DNA of 63,868 bases, filler included, from Octopus bimaculoides (GCF_001194135.2; 8 parts of 8 records of this genome joined end to end with filler, not necessarily neighbours in it); one strand, 5' to 3'. Positions 38,090 through 51,512 are shown, counted from the first letter of the whole stretch. The notes: generated by a model from the letters alone, not told the origin. Made by a program: numbers and translations.

Positions 38090-40230
38090 CTGACCAAATC
38101 TGTGATAGGTGCAAAGCCCCATCCAGACCTAAGGTGACATGGTGGTGGAACAGAATTGCAGACATGGTTATCAGAACAAAGAAACAGGCCTGGAAGAACT
38201 AGAAAAGTGGTGGTAGTAGAAAATAATATCAGGTCGCTAGAAGGGAAGCTGGGAGACAAGGTGTATTTAGCTGGGGGAGAAACAGGAAGGAAGAAGTTTG
38301 CCAGTGTTCTGTGGTATGTGGACCAGAGGCTGTTGGTGTTTTGGTTTGCAAGACAGTGTGTCAGTGAAAATCATGATGCTGTAGGAGAGAAGCATGTTCA
38401 CAGTGATTCTGTATAGAAAGAGGCTTCAAAGTGCCACTATGAAAGGCTGTTAAATAAAGAGAATGCATCGGAGAAGGAGAGTCTACTTAACATAGATCCA
38501 AAAGAGGGACCAGCTATCCAAATAGACGATAGCTTGGTAGATAAAGCTATGAAGGATATGAAGACAAGGAAATACCCAACCCATCAGGAATCACTGCTGA
38601 GTTGCTTAAAATATCTGTCAAAGTGAGATAAGGTCTAGTCACCCATATAATTAATCAAACTGTCCATGAGGGAGTCATACCCAACGACTGGTGTAGCAGC
38701 ATTATAGTCAACTGTTACAAAAATAATTATAGAGGTATCAAAGTGCTGGACTAGGTGATGAAAGTTACAGAGAGGGTCATAGCCTAATTAATTAGGAAGA
38801 GAGTTGGCCAAGATGAGATGCAGTTTGGTTTTGTGGCAGGGAGAAGCACTACTGATGCTATATTTCTGGTAAGGCAGCTGCAGGAGAAGTATTTAACTAA
38901 AAATAAATCTCTGTACTTGGTTTTTATCGACATGGAGAAAACTTTTGACAGGGTCCCACTCCCTTATCTGGTGGTCAATTTGGAAGCTAGGGATAGATGA
39001 GTGGTTGATGAGAACTGTACAAACCATGTACAGGGACGTTGTCAATAAGGTGAAAGTCAACAATGAGTATAACAGCACAAATTTAGTGTACATGTAGGAG
39101 TTTACCAAGGATTAGTTCTCAGCCACCTCTTGTATATCATACTCCTCCAGGCCATAACAGAGGAATTTAAGACTGGCTACTCTTGGGAGCTCCTCAATGC
39201 CAATGACCTTGTTCTTATAGCTGAATCACTACCAGAACTAGAGAAGATATTTCAGGTGTGGAAGCAAGGTCTGGAATCAAAGAACTTTAGAGCTAATTCA
39301 GCAAAGACCAAAGTCTCAGCAAGTAGGAAAACAAGCAAATTACTCAATCCTTCCAGAGAGATGGTCCTACTCAATATGTAGAAAAGGTGTAGGTAGAAAT
39401 GCCATAAGGTGTACCCAGTGTAAGCTATGGACACATGAGAAGTGCAGTGGTATCATAAGAAGGTTAAAATAGTATCATAAGAAGATAAAAATAAAAAAGG
39501 CAGTGAGCTGGCAGAAACATTAGCACGCCGGGCGAAATGCTTAGCGGTATTTCGTCTGTCTTTACGTTCTGAGTTCAAATTCTGCTGAGGTCGACTTTGC
39601 TTTCATCCTTTTGGGGTTGATTAAATAAGTACCAGTTACGCACTGGGGTCGATGTAATTGACTTAATCCCTTTGTCTGTCCTTGTTTGTCCCCTCTATGT
39701 TTAGCCCCTTGTGGGCAATAAAGAAATAAGAAGGTTAAAATAGAAAGTAGTCTGAGTGTGACAGATGTGCATGTACAATAAACTTCAAGAATGTATAGAA
39801 AATAAACTTTCTCAAATGTCTAGGGGGATCCTTAGAAGTAGTAGATAGTGTCCATTATGTAGGTGACCAAGTCAGCAGTGAAGCAGGTAGTTGTGAGAGT
39901 GAAGCTGCTAGAATAAGAATGGGTTGGGCAGAGTTAAGAGAGCTACTACCTTTGTTGGTGATAAAGGGCCTCTCCCTCAGATTGTATGATGCCTGTGTAT
40001 GAACAGCCATGCTACATGGAAGTGAAACATGGGTTGTGACTACAGAGGACATGTGAAGGCTTGAAAAAAATCAAGCCAGCATGCTCAGCTCGAAGTGCAA
40101 TATCAGTGTGCATGTGCAACAGCGTATAAGTGTTTTAAGGGACAAATTGGGTATAAGAGGCATCAGATGGAGTGTGCAAGAGAGAAGATGGGGGATGAAG
40201 TGGTGACAAATAGTCTTCAGACGTTGAGCC
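38090..40230 (+). mobile_element. RTE-clade LINE, RT region with stops and frameshifts, interrupted by a SINE
   Basis: DEMQFGFVAGRSTTDAIFLVRQLQEKY..DMEKTFDRVP; ELLNANDLVLIAES (degenerate YADD). Confidence 0.9.
39497..39730 (+). mobile_element. SINE nested in the RTE with an 18-bp target-site duplication
   Basis: ATAAGAAGGTTAAAATAG at 39455-39472 and 39726-39743. Confidence 0.8.
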
Positions 40231-41463
40231 TCACAGAGATGACAAGTGAACAAGGCTTCTGGTGATCTGCTGTGTTTTATAAAACATGTTAAGCTCAGTA
40301 AAATTATGGTCAGCCATACACACAAGTATATTTGTTTATGGCCATGGCCCCCACCTCTGTGACACACACACACACACATTATCTAATTTCTGTCAAAACT
40401 CCCCCATCTTCCCAACACCCACTGCAGGCCCTCCCGCACCCTCCTTCATGCACCTCACCCACTGCAGGGCCCCTCTACTTTGTCTTATGTACCTAACCAC
40501 ACTCTCCATGTCCTCACGTATCTTCCTTACTCCACTCACAGCCACTCTAGTTTCCCTTACCATGACTTGTTACAGACATGTCTTTCCCATCTCTAAACAT
40601 ATTCCTTCACACTCTGATGGAACATTTCTCTCCATCCCTTCAGTTCTACTTATACTCCCCACCATTGTTCCCACTGTTCCCCAATACATCTTCAACACCA
40701 TCTATTTCTCTCTCTCTCTCTCTCTGTCTCTCCTTCTCACCTTCTTTGCCCTACTGATGTAACTAAGTATCTTCTCTATAATAAGACAACTATCTCTGCC
40801 TATTGTACTCTAACCACTCACCTGGCACACAACCACTTCTCTATATTTCCAAGTATAAGACCTTTAGATAAGAAGGGGTCAAAATTTGTAAAAAAATTTT
40901 ATGAATTTATTTCATATCTGTAGTATAAGAAAACTGCTAAATTACAAAATAATAATAATAAAATAAAGTATATAAAAATATTAAAATATGAAATATGAAA
41001 ATAAAAGTAAGTAAAAGTAAATATTAATAAAAATAAAAAATGAAAAATAATAAAAATATTCAGACAATGATAAGGAATATATACAAAAATAAAACAATAA
41101 AAATACTAAACTGAATACTAAAATAAATGAAATTAAGTGAAAATGCAAACCTATTTTATTATATATGTTTTGTAATTTGTATTGAGTTTGAATTCAAACA
41201 ATTGTAGGCAATGTTAATTAATTAATAAGTTAATTTATATCCATTAAATCTCTCCATTTTCTTCCCTAATAATATATATATTTAATTATTATTTTGGAAG
41301 TGCCCCAGCATGGTTTCAGTCTAATGACTGAAATATAAGTAAAAGATGAAAGACAAATGATAGTTCACCAAAAGGCTGAAAAGAAGTAAATAGTTTTATG
41401 TGAATTGCAGTTTTAAGTTCATATTGCTTGAATATTAAAATGAAAGGAAGGAAAATATTTTAC

Positions 41464-41643
41464 CCTTATAGGATAGATTCGAGCTATAACAACATCAACT
41501 GAACCAATCAATCCACCATTTTGGTTTATATGGGAGATAGGGATGGCAAAAGGTCGAGGGTCACGCTGGTATCCCAATCTACTATTCCATTTAGCAGGGC
41601 GGCAGCAGTTCCCATTGACTTTCAGCTGAACTTGAGAGTATGC
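41464..41643 (-). CDS. BRCA2: BRCA2 exon (end of OB1/start of OB2): AYSQVQLKVNGNCCRPAKWNSRLGYQRDPRPFAIPISHINQNGGLIGSVDVVIARIYPIR
   Basis: catag/gtaaaa; 180 nt, phase 0 to 0. Aligns without gaps to human [60 protein letters not shown] (recalled from memory). Confidence 0.93.
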
Positions 41644-42192
41644 CTATGAAATATATATTAGTATAAGGAAACATGAAACACGATGGTTGAAGAAGTTTGG
41701 AATTCAGAGAAAAATAATGTAGATTAAATGTTTTAATGATAACTGTGATTCGGGTGGAAATGTTAATTAGGAACAATATATTGGTAGCTGCAGGCACGGT
41801 TGTGTGGTAAGAAGCTTGCTTACCAGCAACATGGTTTTGGGTTCAGTCCCATAATGTGGTACCTTCAGTAAATATCTTCTTTCGTCAGTCCTGGGCTGTC
41901 CAAAGCCTTCGGAAAGGATTTGGGACTCAGAAACTGAAAGAAACCTGTTTTGTGAGTGTGTTACTATCTTTTAGCCTTGACAACATATGAAGTCAGGTGA
42001 TGGGGAAATATTGCCTTGCCTGGGAACAAGTGAGGGTGGGTGACAGGAAGCGCATCCAGTGTTGAAAACCAGCCTCAACAAAATTCTACCTGAACCATGT
42101 GAGCATGGAAAAATGGACATTTAACCAATGATAATAATAATAATGGTTTCAAATTTTGCCACAAGGGCAGCATTTTAGGGGAGGGGATGAGT

Positions 42193-42770
42193 CATGGTTT
42201 CAGGGGTCGTCAGCAATGAAGGACATGTGGTGCCGCTTTACTTCTTTCCACAAGGCCTTAGAGTTAACTCTGCCATCTACATTGAGGTCTGGGAAATAAT
42301 TGTTAAGCTCTGGATAGACAGTGTATGCAATGGAAGGCCACATGTGTTTCAGTAAGACTCTGCACTAACACACATGGCTCTAGTAACACAGGAATGGATG
42401 GCTAAAAATTTTCATGATCACATAACCCCTAACATTTGACCCAGATCTCCAGTGGACTACTACATGTGGAGTGTTGTTGAGAGAGAGGCCAGTGAACACG
42501 CCTATAACACCAAAGATTCTATGAAAGCTGCCACAGTCAGAGTAATGTCCAAACTGAACCAGGACCACTTGATTCGAGCAAGTAGATAATTTAGATCTCA
42601 TATAGCAGCCATCGTTGAAGCTGAAGGTGGCTTTATTGAATAACATTATAGAAAAGAAGGTTTATTTTTATCCTCATAGCATTTTTTCATAAATAAAATT
42701 ATGTTATTATATATCTGTTTTTTTTTTTTATAAACATAAATCTGTCCTCAAATATCTTATACACCATGTA
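42193..42770 (+). mobile_element. Tc1/mariner transposase pseudogene (3' part) with right end
   Basis: MVSGVVSNEGHVVPLYFFPQGLRVN...GRPHVFQ*DSA...TQEW...VDYYMWSVVE...AIVEAEGGFIE*; ends ...CACCATGTA-TA. Confidence 0.8.
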
Positions 42771-42867
42771 TATATGAAGTAGTTTTTGTAAAGTATTGTG
42801 AAGTATAACTTTAAGAATGTAGTTGTATAAAGCTAGAACAAGGTGAGAAGGTACGAAGTTTACTAAG

Positions 42868-43135
42868 AAATGAAAAGAAAACAGAACAACTAAGTTGCAA
42901 TTTTAATTTGTATTTCTATATTTTGAAGTGAAGAATCCTTCTTCAGGACATTCCAAACAGCAGTGGTTGGAAAAAGTTTGTTGCTCAGATGTGTTCTCCC
43001 CTTCTCCCTACACACATTTGAGCAACAAACTTTTTCCAACCACCACTTTTCCGAATGTCCTGAAGAAGGGGTCTTCACCTCAAAATATAGAAATACAAAG
43101 TAAAACTGCAACTTTGTTCTGTTTTCTTTTCATTT
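42868..43135. repeat. Long imperfect palindrome (arms of about 125 bp, 17-nt loop at 42995-43011)
   Basis: Explains the mirror-image ORFs 42890-43111(-) and 42928-43140(+). Each arm has CTGAAGAAGG..TCAAAATATAG. Confidence 0.92.
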
Positions 43136-43209
43136 TGTAGTTTACTTTGCACCCCCACACATTGTTCTGACTTTACACAATTACATCCTTTAATATATAT
43201 ATATATATA

Positions 43210-43581
43210 GATAAAGCAATTAAGAGTATGAAGACCAGGAAAGCCCCCGGCCCATCAGGAATCACTGCAGAGATGCTCAAAATATCTGGCAGTGTTGGCT
43301 ATAGCCTAGTCACCCGTATTACGAACCAGGTGATACACGAAGGAGTCATACCCAATGACTGGTGTAGCAGCATCATAGTCAACTGCTACAAAGGTAAAGG
43401 TGACGCTTTAGATACAAATAATTACAGAGGCATCAAGCTGTTAGATCAGGTTATGAAAGTTACAGAGAGGGTCATAGTCCAACTAATTAGGGAGCGAATC
43501 AATTTAGATGAGATGCAGTTTGGGTTCGTGCCAGGTAAAAGCACTACTGATGCCTTATTTCTAGTGAGACAGTTGCAGGAG
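43210..43581 (+). mobile_element. RTE-clade RT fragment, open frame up to the gap
   Basis: KAPGPSGITAEMLK...IPNDWCSSIIVNCYKGKGDALDTNNYRGIKLL...DEMQFGFVPGKSTTDALFLVRQLQE. Confidence 0.92.
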
Positions 43582-44642
43582 NNNNNNNNNNNNNNNNNNN
43601 NNNNNNNNNNNNNNNNNNNNNNNNNTTAATTAATTAANNNNNNNNNNNNNNNNNNNNNNNNNNNNNNNNNNNNNNNNNNNNAAATGTGTATATGTATGTA
43701 TATATACATGTGTGCCTGTATATATATATATATATATATACAATTTTGCATACACTTACACGTGTGTGTGTGTACATATAGAATTGTGCATACATTCACA
43801 CATACATGTATATGTGTGTGTGCATATATATAATATAATTATGCATAAATATATTTGTTTACACACACATGTATGTATGTATGTATATATACACACACAT
43901 GTATGTATGTATATATACACACATGCATACATACAAATCATGTGAATTTATATATATACACACACATGTGCGCACACACATATGTACATTGTATATATAT
44001 ATATATGTGTGTTTCTTTGTGTGTATATAAATACATATATAGATATAACATACTCTGTATATATATGCATGTGTAAATATATCCATATGTATATATATAT
44101 ATATATATNNNNNNNNNNTGCCGGAGCCTCGTGGAGCTTTAGGTGTTTTTTGCTCAATAAACACTCACTCACAATGCCTGGTCTGGGAATCAAAGCTGCG
44201 ACCCTACGACTGCGAATCTGCTGCCCTAATCACTGGGCCATTGCGCCTCCACACAAACAAATATATTAGAGTTTACATGTGAGCAATTCCTAGGCTGATT
44301 TCTGCAGGATGGAAAAAAAATTCACTGCGGAGAGATTTTTTGAACACTCTGTATATATATATAGGGTGCCAACCTCCGGCCTGTTGTTAATTTGGGGCCC
44401 TATTTAAAAGCATATACAGGTAACCATGGAAATATAAACGAACACACGTATACACAGAAACACGCACACACACACGTCTACAAGCATACGAAATAAAGTT
44501 ACTCCACTCAGGTATTGTGCAGTTTTATACTTTAATACAATAAAAAATGTTTGCATAATTGAAAGAGGTTTCTATGGATATCCTAGGATGCTATTGTGTC
44601 GATCTGTTTTGAAGAATACAAATGAAGGTGTGAAAGAAGTAG

Positions 44643-44688
<46 letters not shown>

Positions 44689-46169
44689 GGGGAGGGCAAT
44701 TTATGAAGATAATATTTAGCCATCATTTAGAATTTTGTTGGCAAGGAAAATGTCGCTTGTGTGTTTTGTAAATGTGTATATGTGTATTTATATTTGTGTG
44801 TGTGTGTGTATATATATNNNNNNNNNNNNNNNNNNNNNNNNNNNNNNNNNNNNNNNNNNNNNNNNNNNNNNNNNNNNNNNNNNNNNNNNNNNNNNNNNNN
44901 NNNNNNNNNNNNNNNNNNNNNNNNNNNNNNNNNNNNNNNNNNNNNNNNNNNNNNNNNNNNNNNNNNNNNNNNNNNNNNNNNNNNNNNNNNNNNNNNNNNN
45001 NNNNNNNNNNNNNNNNNNNNNNNNNNNNNNNNNNNNNNNNNNNNNNNNNNNNNNNNNNNNNNNNNNNNNNNNNNNNNNNNNNNNNNNNNNNNNNNNNNNN
45101 NNNNNNNNNNNNNNNNNNNNNNNNNNNNNNNNNNNNNNNNNNNNNNNNNNNNNNNNNNNNNNNNNNNNNNNNNNNNNNNNNNNNNNNNNNNNNNNNNNNN
45201 NNNNNNNNNNNNNNNNNNNNNNNNNNNNNNNNNNNNNNNNNNNNNNNNNNNNNNNNNNNNNNNNNNNNNNNNNNNNNNNNNNNNNNNNNNNNNNNNNNNN
45301 NNNNNNNNNNNNNNNNNNNNNNNNNNNNNNNNNNNNNNNNNNNNNNNNNNNNNNNNNNNNNNNNNNNNNNNNNNACATGTGCGCACACACATATGTACAT
45401 TGTATATATATATATATGTGTGTTTCTTTGTGTGTATATAAATACATATATAGATATAACATACTCTGTATATATATGCATGTGTAAATATATCCATATG
45501 TATATATATATATATATATATACATACACGTATGAACATACTTTGTATATGTGGATGTGTATATATATATATATATATATGCATGTGTGTTTATACTGTG
45601 TGTGTGTGTGTTCATGCGTATATTCATTTGTGTTACTCTTTTACTCTTTTCAGTAATTTAACTGCGGCCTTGCTGGAGCACCGCCTGTGTGTATATAAAA
45701 AAACAAAAACTGGGAATAGAGACTTGCTGTTGATTATGATGAGGTAGGAACATGTACAGGATTGCTTGGTGGGTGTAGGGTTTGGCGATGGAGGGGGGTA
45801 ACGTAGGAGGAGAGGGGTAAAGCAGACGGGGGTGGTGGTGGTGATGGCAGTTGAGGGTTCAATTTCCACTTGTGTAGATGAATGTATGTATATATATATA
45901 TATATATATGTAATGTATATGTCTGTCTGTCTGTCTGTCTGCATTCACATATGTATGCATATGTATGTATGCATCCATGTATGTATATGTCTATGTAAAT
46001 ATGTATGTATGGACCTGACGTGTGTGTATGTATGTGTATAAATATGTTATCAGCTTGTGTATGTGTGAGCTCATGTGTGCTACATATATTTGTGTATTTG
46101 CATGCATCGACTAATGCCCCCTCCCCTCAAAAATTCCCGACCTTGCGCCTGTATCAGAAATCATCATCA

Positions 46170-46212
<43 letters not shown>

Positions 46213-47104
46213 CATTTACATCAATGTTACTTTCTTTAATACAGGCTGCTTCGAACCCCATCCAGGGGCCTCAGACAACAGCCAGTTGGATATTTTCTTA
46301 TGGGTGTTAAATATGATTAGTAATGGTCTTTTATTGTACAAGAAGACCAAAATCTGAGAACTAAAATTCTATTAAATTTATTATTATTATCATTATTATT
46401 GAATGAAATAGTAGTGCATGCCATCAAAGTAACCCGGCGGGTACAAATATACAAAACCCAATATACCCATCATGACTACCCTATTATTATTATTATTATT
46501 ATTATTATTTGATTAAAACTCTCAGCTTATCATCCTGGGGTATGATGGGAAAATTGAAAGTGCCAGCTGCCCACGACTGACAGACCAAGGTGGCACCAAT
46601 TTACTGATCACACTTCAAGAACCTGGCGGCGAACTCTTTCAGTTCCAAACGATAATGATTTTTGTAGGTTTTTCTATCGATACATTTGTGCCAGTATTTA
46701 TGAGCCATGTTGGTAGTTGAGTCCTGATTATTATTATTATTATTTTATGTTTGACTTTTGCTTTGCATTTGTACAAGTTGGATCCAAGTCTCACCCAGAG
46801 ACCTCAAGAGACAACAAGTTAGAAGTTCATGTAGGTGTTATGCCTAGGGTACCATATATTTGGATTTGTACATGGTGTGTTGTTCTAGAGAATGTTTAAG
46901 AAACCATAAGAAAATTGTGTTTGTTTTAAAATTTGAGATCACATAGACAGTATTTTACGTAGGATATGGGAAGTTCCCATGAGCACTATCTTTTGAACTT
47001 CAGCCATTTTAGGGGTTTCCTGGTATCTGAGCTAGGTAGTAATCAGCCCGTTTCGCTGTCATTCTTCAGATTCCACATTTTGCTAATTTCTATTTCAAGA
47101 TCTT

Positions 47105-47106
47105 TA

Positions 47107-47146
<40 letters not shown>

Positions 47147-47330
47147 TAGTCTTATTTTTATCACATGCTTTCACTGCACTACCGAGCACAGCTCTGAGTG
47201 CCTTGGGCATGTGCAGAGATTTGTTGTGGTGCTCTTATTTTCACGATATTGAGTGTTTTACATCAGACATTTGTTGTGCTTCGTAAATCCTAGTGTTTTT
47301 GTTATGCGTTTGTCTGAATGTTTTTTAACC
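47105..47330 (-). mobile_element. R4/Dong-type LINE 3' tail ending in (TAA)n
   Basis: GAGCTGTGCTCGGTAGTGCAGTGAAAGCATGTGATAAAAATAAGACTACTGAATAATAAT; the same tail occurs at 11785-11957 (+). The clade assignment is inferred. Confidence 0.55.
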
Positions 47331-48814
47331 ATACTTAATGCACCTATTTTTAGAGGAAATGTTTGTTTTTAGGCTCCACATTTGGGTTATTATTATTATT
47401 ATTATTATTATTATCATCATTAGGTTTATTGAGTTCTGCTTGGCAAGAGTGAAAGTGGAGAGGGAAGTGGTGTCTCACAGTGAATTTGTAAAAAGGCGGG
47501 TGGCAAAAGTGTTCAGGGTGAATGGACCTACTCTAAGCATTGTGTCCAGGTGTGTCTGTGTGATAAGAAGCTTGCTTCCCAATCACATGATCCCTGGTTC
47601 AATCCCTCTGCATGGCAACTTGGGCAAGCATCCTCCACTATAGCCTTGTGAGTGGATTTGGTAGACAGAAACTGAAAGAAACCTATTGTGTGTATATATG
47701 TGTGTGTGTGTATTCGTAACCTAGTGGTTCAGCTAAAGAGACTGATAGAATAAGTACTAGGCTTTAAAAAAAACAATCCTGGGGTCGATTTGTTTGACTA
47801 AACCCCTTCAAGGTGGTGCTCCAGCATGGCCACAGTCAAATGACTGCAACAAGTAAAAGAGAATAAATTGGAGAGCAACCATTGGTTGAGGGCTGGGGTC
47901 CTAGGAAGTCAGAGGTGGCCCTAGCTGGAGTTTCCCCTGTGTCAGGAGGTGGACATCATTCAAGTTATCCCTTACTCTGCATATAATGTATTTTTTTATT
48001 TGATTTCCTCCTCTTCCCTTTCTTTCCCCTCAAATCTTTCATGTACCCCCTGCACAGATATTGTAAACTGTCCTCGTAATGTCCCCCCTCATCTGATGCC
48101 CCTGTGACAAATAGAAAAATCCTTCTCATTATTATTATTACTATTAACAGAGTAGAGACCCTCTTTGGTCATGAATGACCATGGGATTGCACCTAGTAAG
48201 TTCCTCTCAGAGGCACAAATCTGGGAAAGGTTGTTTGTATAAGACCAACAGTCACCTGTGCCCATCAGCCTTGCCTCTCCACGCCCCCCCCCCNNNNNNN
48301 NNNNNNNNNNNNNNNNNNNNNNNNNNNNNNNNNNNNNNNNNNNNNNNNNNNNNNNNNNNNNNNNNNNNNNNNNNNNNNNNNNNNNNNNNNNNNNNNNNNN
48401 NNNNNNNNNNNNNNNNNNNNNNNNNNNNNNNNNNNNNNNNNNNNNNNNNNNNNCGATACAGCTTGGCACCAGTGACTTCACAACTCACTTCTACAGCTGA
48501 GAGAGCTGGAGCAACATGAAATAAAATCCCTTGACCAAGGACACAACACAGCTCGGTCCAGGAATCGAACTCACCACCTCATGATTGTGAACCCGGCGCT
48601 CTAACCCCTGATCTATACACCTTCCTATACTTAATTTATTACTATTATTATTGTTGTTGTTATTATTCACTTCTCAGGGCTCTTAATTTTACTTGCTTTA
48701 GTTAATTCCCTCAGAGCAGACTGCAACCTGTTGGTCAAGGATCTTGCAGACTATCTTTCCATGATGCTTAACACCCAAACACCAATCTAAAAATCCTCAC
48801 TGTCCTCAATAGAG

Positions 48815-49045
48815 CAATTATTATTATTTGGTTTGGCTTAGGTTTGCTCTTATTCTTGGTAGGATTTATGTGGGTAGCGGGTTACTACCTGTGACCTTAG
48901 GGATCCACAAGTTTTCAGCAGTGTTTCAAGTGCTTAGAACCCTCCTGATAATCCTTGCGGTCCCTAAGACACAAACTTTCTCTAGGAGCTCTACCGAGCA
49001 TTCTGTTCCAATCTCCTGTCTATATCTTTGCTTATCAGCCATTTG
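48815..49045 (-). mobile_element. R4/Dong-clade LINE C-terminus
   Basis: IGTECSVELLEKVCVLGTARIIRRVLST* followed by a short UTR and a TAA-type tail. Confidence 0.75.
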
Positions 49046-49062
49046 TTGATATCTTTATTATC

Positions 49063-49428
49063 ATTACCTCAACCTTAGCGAAGGCAGAGGTATTGTTTTC
49101 AGTCGTATTTGTTTGTTTGTCCGTGGACAAGATACCTCAAGAACCACTGAATGGATTCAGATGAAACTTTCAGAGATGTTTGACCTTGTGACTGGCACAA
49201 ACTGATTAAATTTTGGGATCGATCCAGTATCGGACAAGGATTCTGGATTATTTTTCCTGTTTTTTTTTATTAAGTTTTGATAACTGTTAGGTTTATTTTT
49301 AGTATTCTAATTTGTGAGAGCAGTCGAGTTTATTTCAGACATTCTCATTTTAAAAATCATCTCCGGTTAATTGTTGAGAGGACGTTGGTGTTGACTTGGC
49401 AGAGGTTTCCACTCTCTGAGTGCTCGTT
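49063..49428 (-). mobile_element. Helentron-associated-type element (second copy)
   Basis: Reverse complement of 27177-27547 over its whole length. Confidence 0.6.
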
Positions 49429-51512
49429 ATTATTCCATATGCACACAACATATTAAACTGTTGGAAAAGAGAAATTCCTAACATCAGGCTACAACAAGTA
49501 ACCCCAGATACCAAGGACCTTCCTAACTACCCTAGCTGTCCCTAATAACACTGTTTTCAGGAGCTGTACTAAACTAGGTTTCTGCTTATTTCCCTTTCAG
49601 GTGCCCCTTAAAATGCGGCACTATTTTAAAAATTAATTAAAACAAAGGCCGTGTATTTCATCAGAAATATAGTAACAAAAGGGTTTAAAATAGGGACCAC
49701 ATTAGTTTGAGAGAGGGCTCCTATGTAGCTATCAGTCAAATCTCCTGCTCATCAAATCCCTCACTGTCTTTCAGTACCGACCCACCCGAGACTACCCTTG
49801 GTTCCATCATAAAAATTTCCTGTTTATGAAGAGGCCAAAGTTAAAACCTTCGAACAAAACTTCCTGTTGAATTTTGTTCCAAAGGTCAGCTAAATAATCA
49901 CTAAATAATTACTAAATTTGTCACTGGTTTCAAGCGTATTTGAAACACAGTCAGGGAGATAGATAGATTCAATAGAGACATGGCAACCAAAGGGTTAAAA
50001 AGGGGAAACTTGTAAAGGAGTGAAATGGGGGATATTTTTAACCTTTAGAAGAGGGAAACAAACTGCACAGAATGAAACCCATCTTACTTTTTCATGATGT
50101 CCCCTTTATATTTTTGTCATGTTTTCCCTATTTTAAAAAGTAAAGGGCCTAAATAGAAAGCTCTCCCTTTTCATCTAAGAGTGTTGGGTGTTCACTATTT
50201 GGAAAACTAGGGGACCCAAATAAAATCTGACTACATAGAAAGCTCTCCATCTGCTGAAGATAAGACATTTGCACAAGATGCCATGCAGTGGGATTGAACT
50301 TGAAGCTTTGCCCTCGCAAAGCAAGCTTCTTAATCACACAGTCGATATTTTATCTTTTTATTTTAAGGAACTTGATGGGAGCTAAAATCAACAAATTGCA
50401 GAGAAAATCCCCTTTCCTCTCCCTTCAAATCTGCCTAGTGTTGTCCCTATTTTTAAAGAACGGAAAGTAGTCCTGTGTAAGTAAGTGCAGAAACTACAAT
50501 GAGAGCACCCAGCCCACTCCTTGACCATCTTCCTCACAGGATATAGGAATCCACAAAACTACAGTTTTTATTGTTGTGGTTGTTATTTAGCCCCTAATCT
50601 GGTCTGCCCTGTTTGATTACATGGATTGACCCTTGATGAGGAAAAAGGGATTTCAGCTCTTGAAAATTCAACTTTTTCAAAAAAAAAAAAACAAACAAAC
50701 AATGAGCTTTCTTTTGTTTTATTCTCCCTTGTTTCAGTCATTAGACTGTGGCCATGCTGGGGCACCACCTTGAGGAATTTTAGTCTAATGAATCAAGCCC
50801 AGAACTTTTTTTTTTTAAAGCCTGGTACTTAATTTATCGGTCTCTTGTGCCGAACCTCTAAGTTACAAGAACATAAACACACCAACACTGGTTGTCAAGC
50901 GGTAGCGGGAGGACAAACACAGACACACACACACACACACATGACCCAGGGCTATAGTAGAAGACATTTGCACATTTGCATAAAGTGCCATGCAGTAGGA
51001 CTGAACCCAGAACCATGTGGTTGAGAAGCAAGCTTCTTACCATACAGCCACTCCTGTCTGTTTAATTAATTGACCAATTAATTAATTAATTTTGTTTTTT
51101 TAATACTGCAATGCATACCTAGTGTTTCATGCATGCTTTTTAAAAAAAAAAACAGTATGTAGTCTGGTCAAGGCAGGAGAGGATGCAGTGTAGTTTGAGG
51201 GCAACTTGGCTGCTATTTCTATCTTGGCATGCAGGTGGGGGGATGGCACTGTCTTTTATATCTCTTGTAATTATGTATATGTGTGTGTATGGGGGGAGTT
51301 GCATGATGTAGATGCAGTGTTGTTGTAGTTGCTTTTTGCCATGGTCAAAAGTAACAGTCTTGGTCAACAGCACTGACCAATGGAATAGAGGTAGGTAACC
51401 GTTTGATTGAGTCATAACAACCCATTTTTAAAATTTATTTTTATTTAATCAGTGGTCTTAATTATAGTCGTCAAGGTGATGTCCGAAAATCCAAAACTTT
51501 GAAAGAAATAAC

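Noticed and set aside
43964-45520. Exact duplicate of about 140 bp at 43964-44108 and 45375-45520
   Set aside because: It is identical low-complexity sequence flanking gaps, most likely an assembly overlap or haplotype artefact.
47041-47080. Minus-strand CTGAAGA...GAAACGGG
   Set aside because: It lacks the NUH cleavage triplet and stems.
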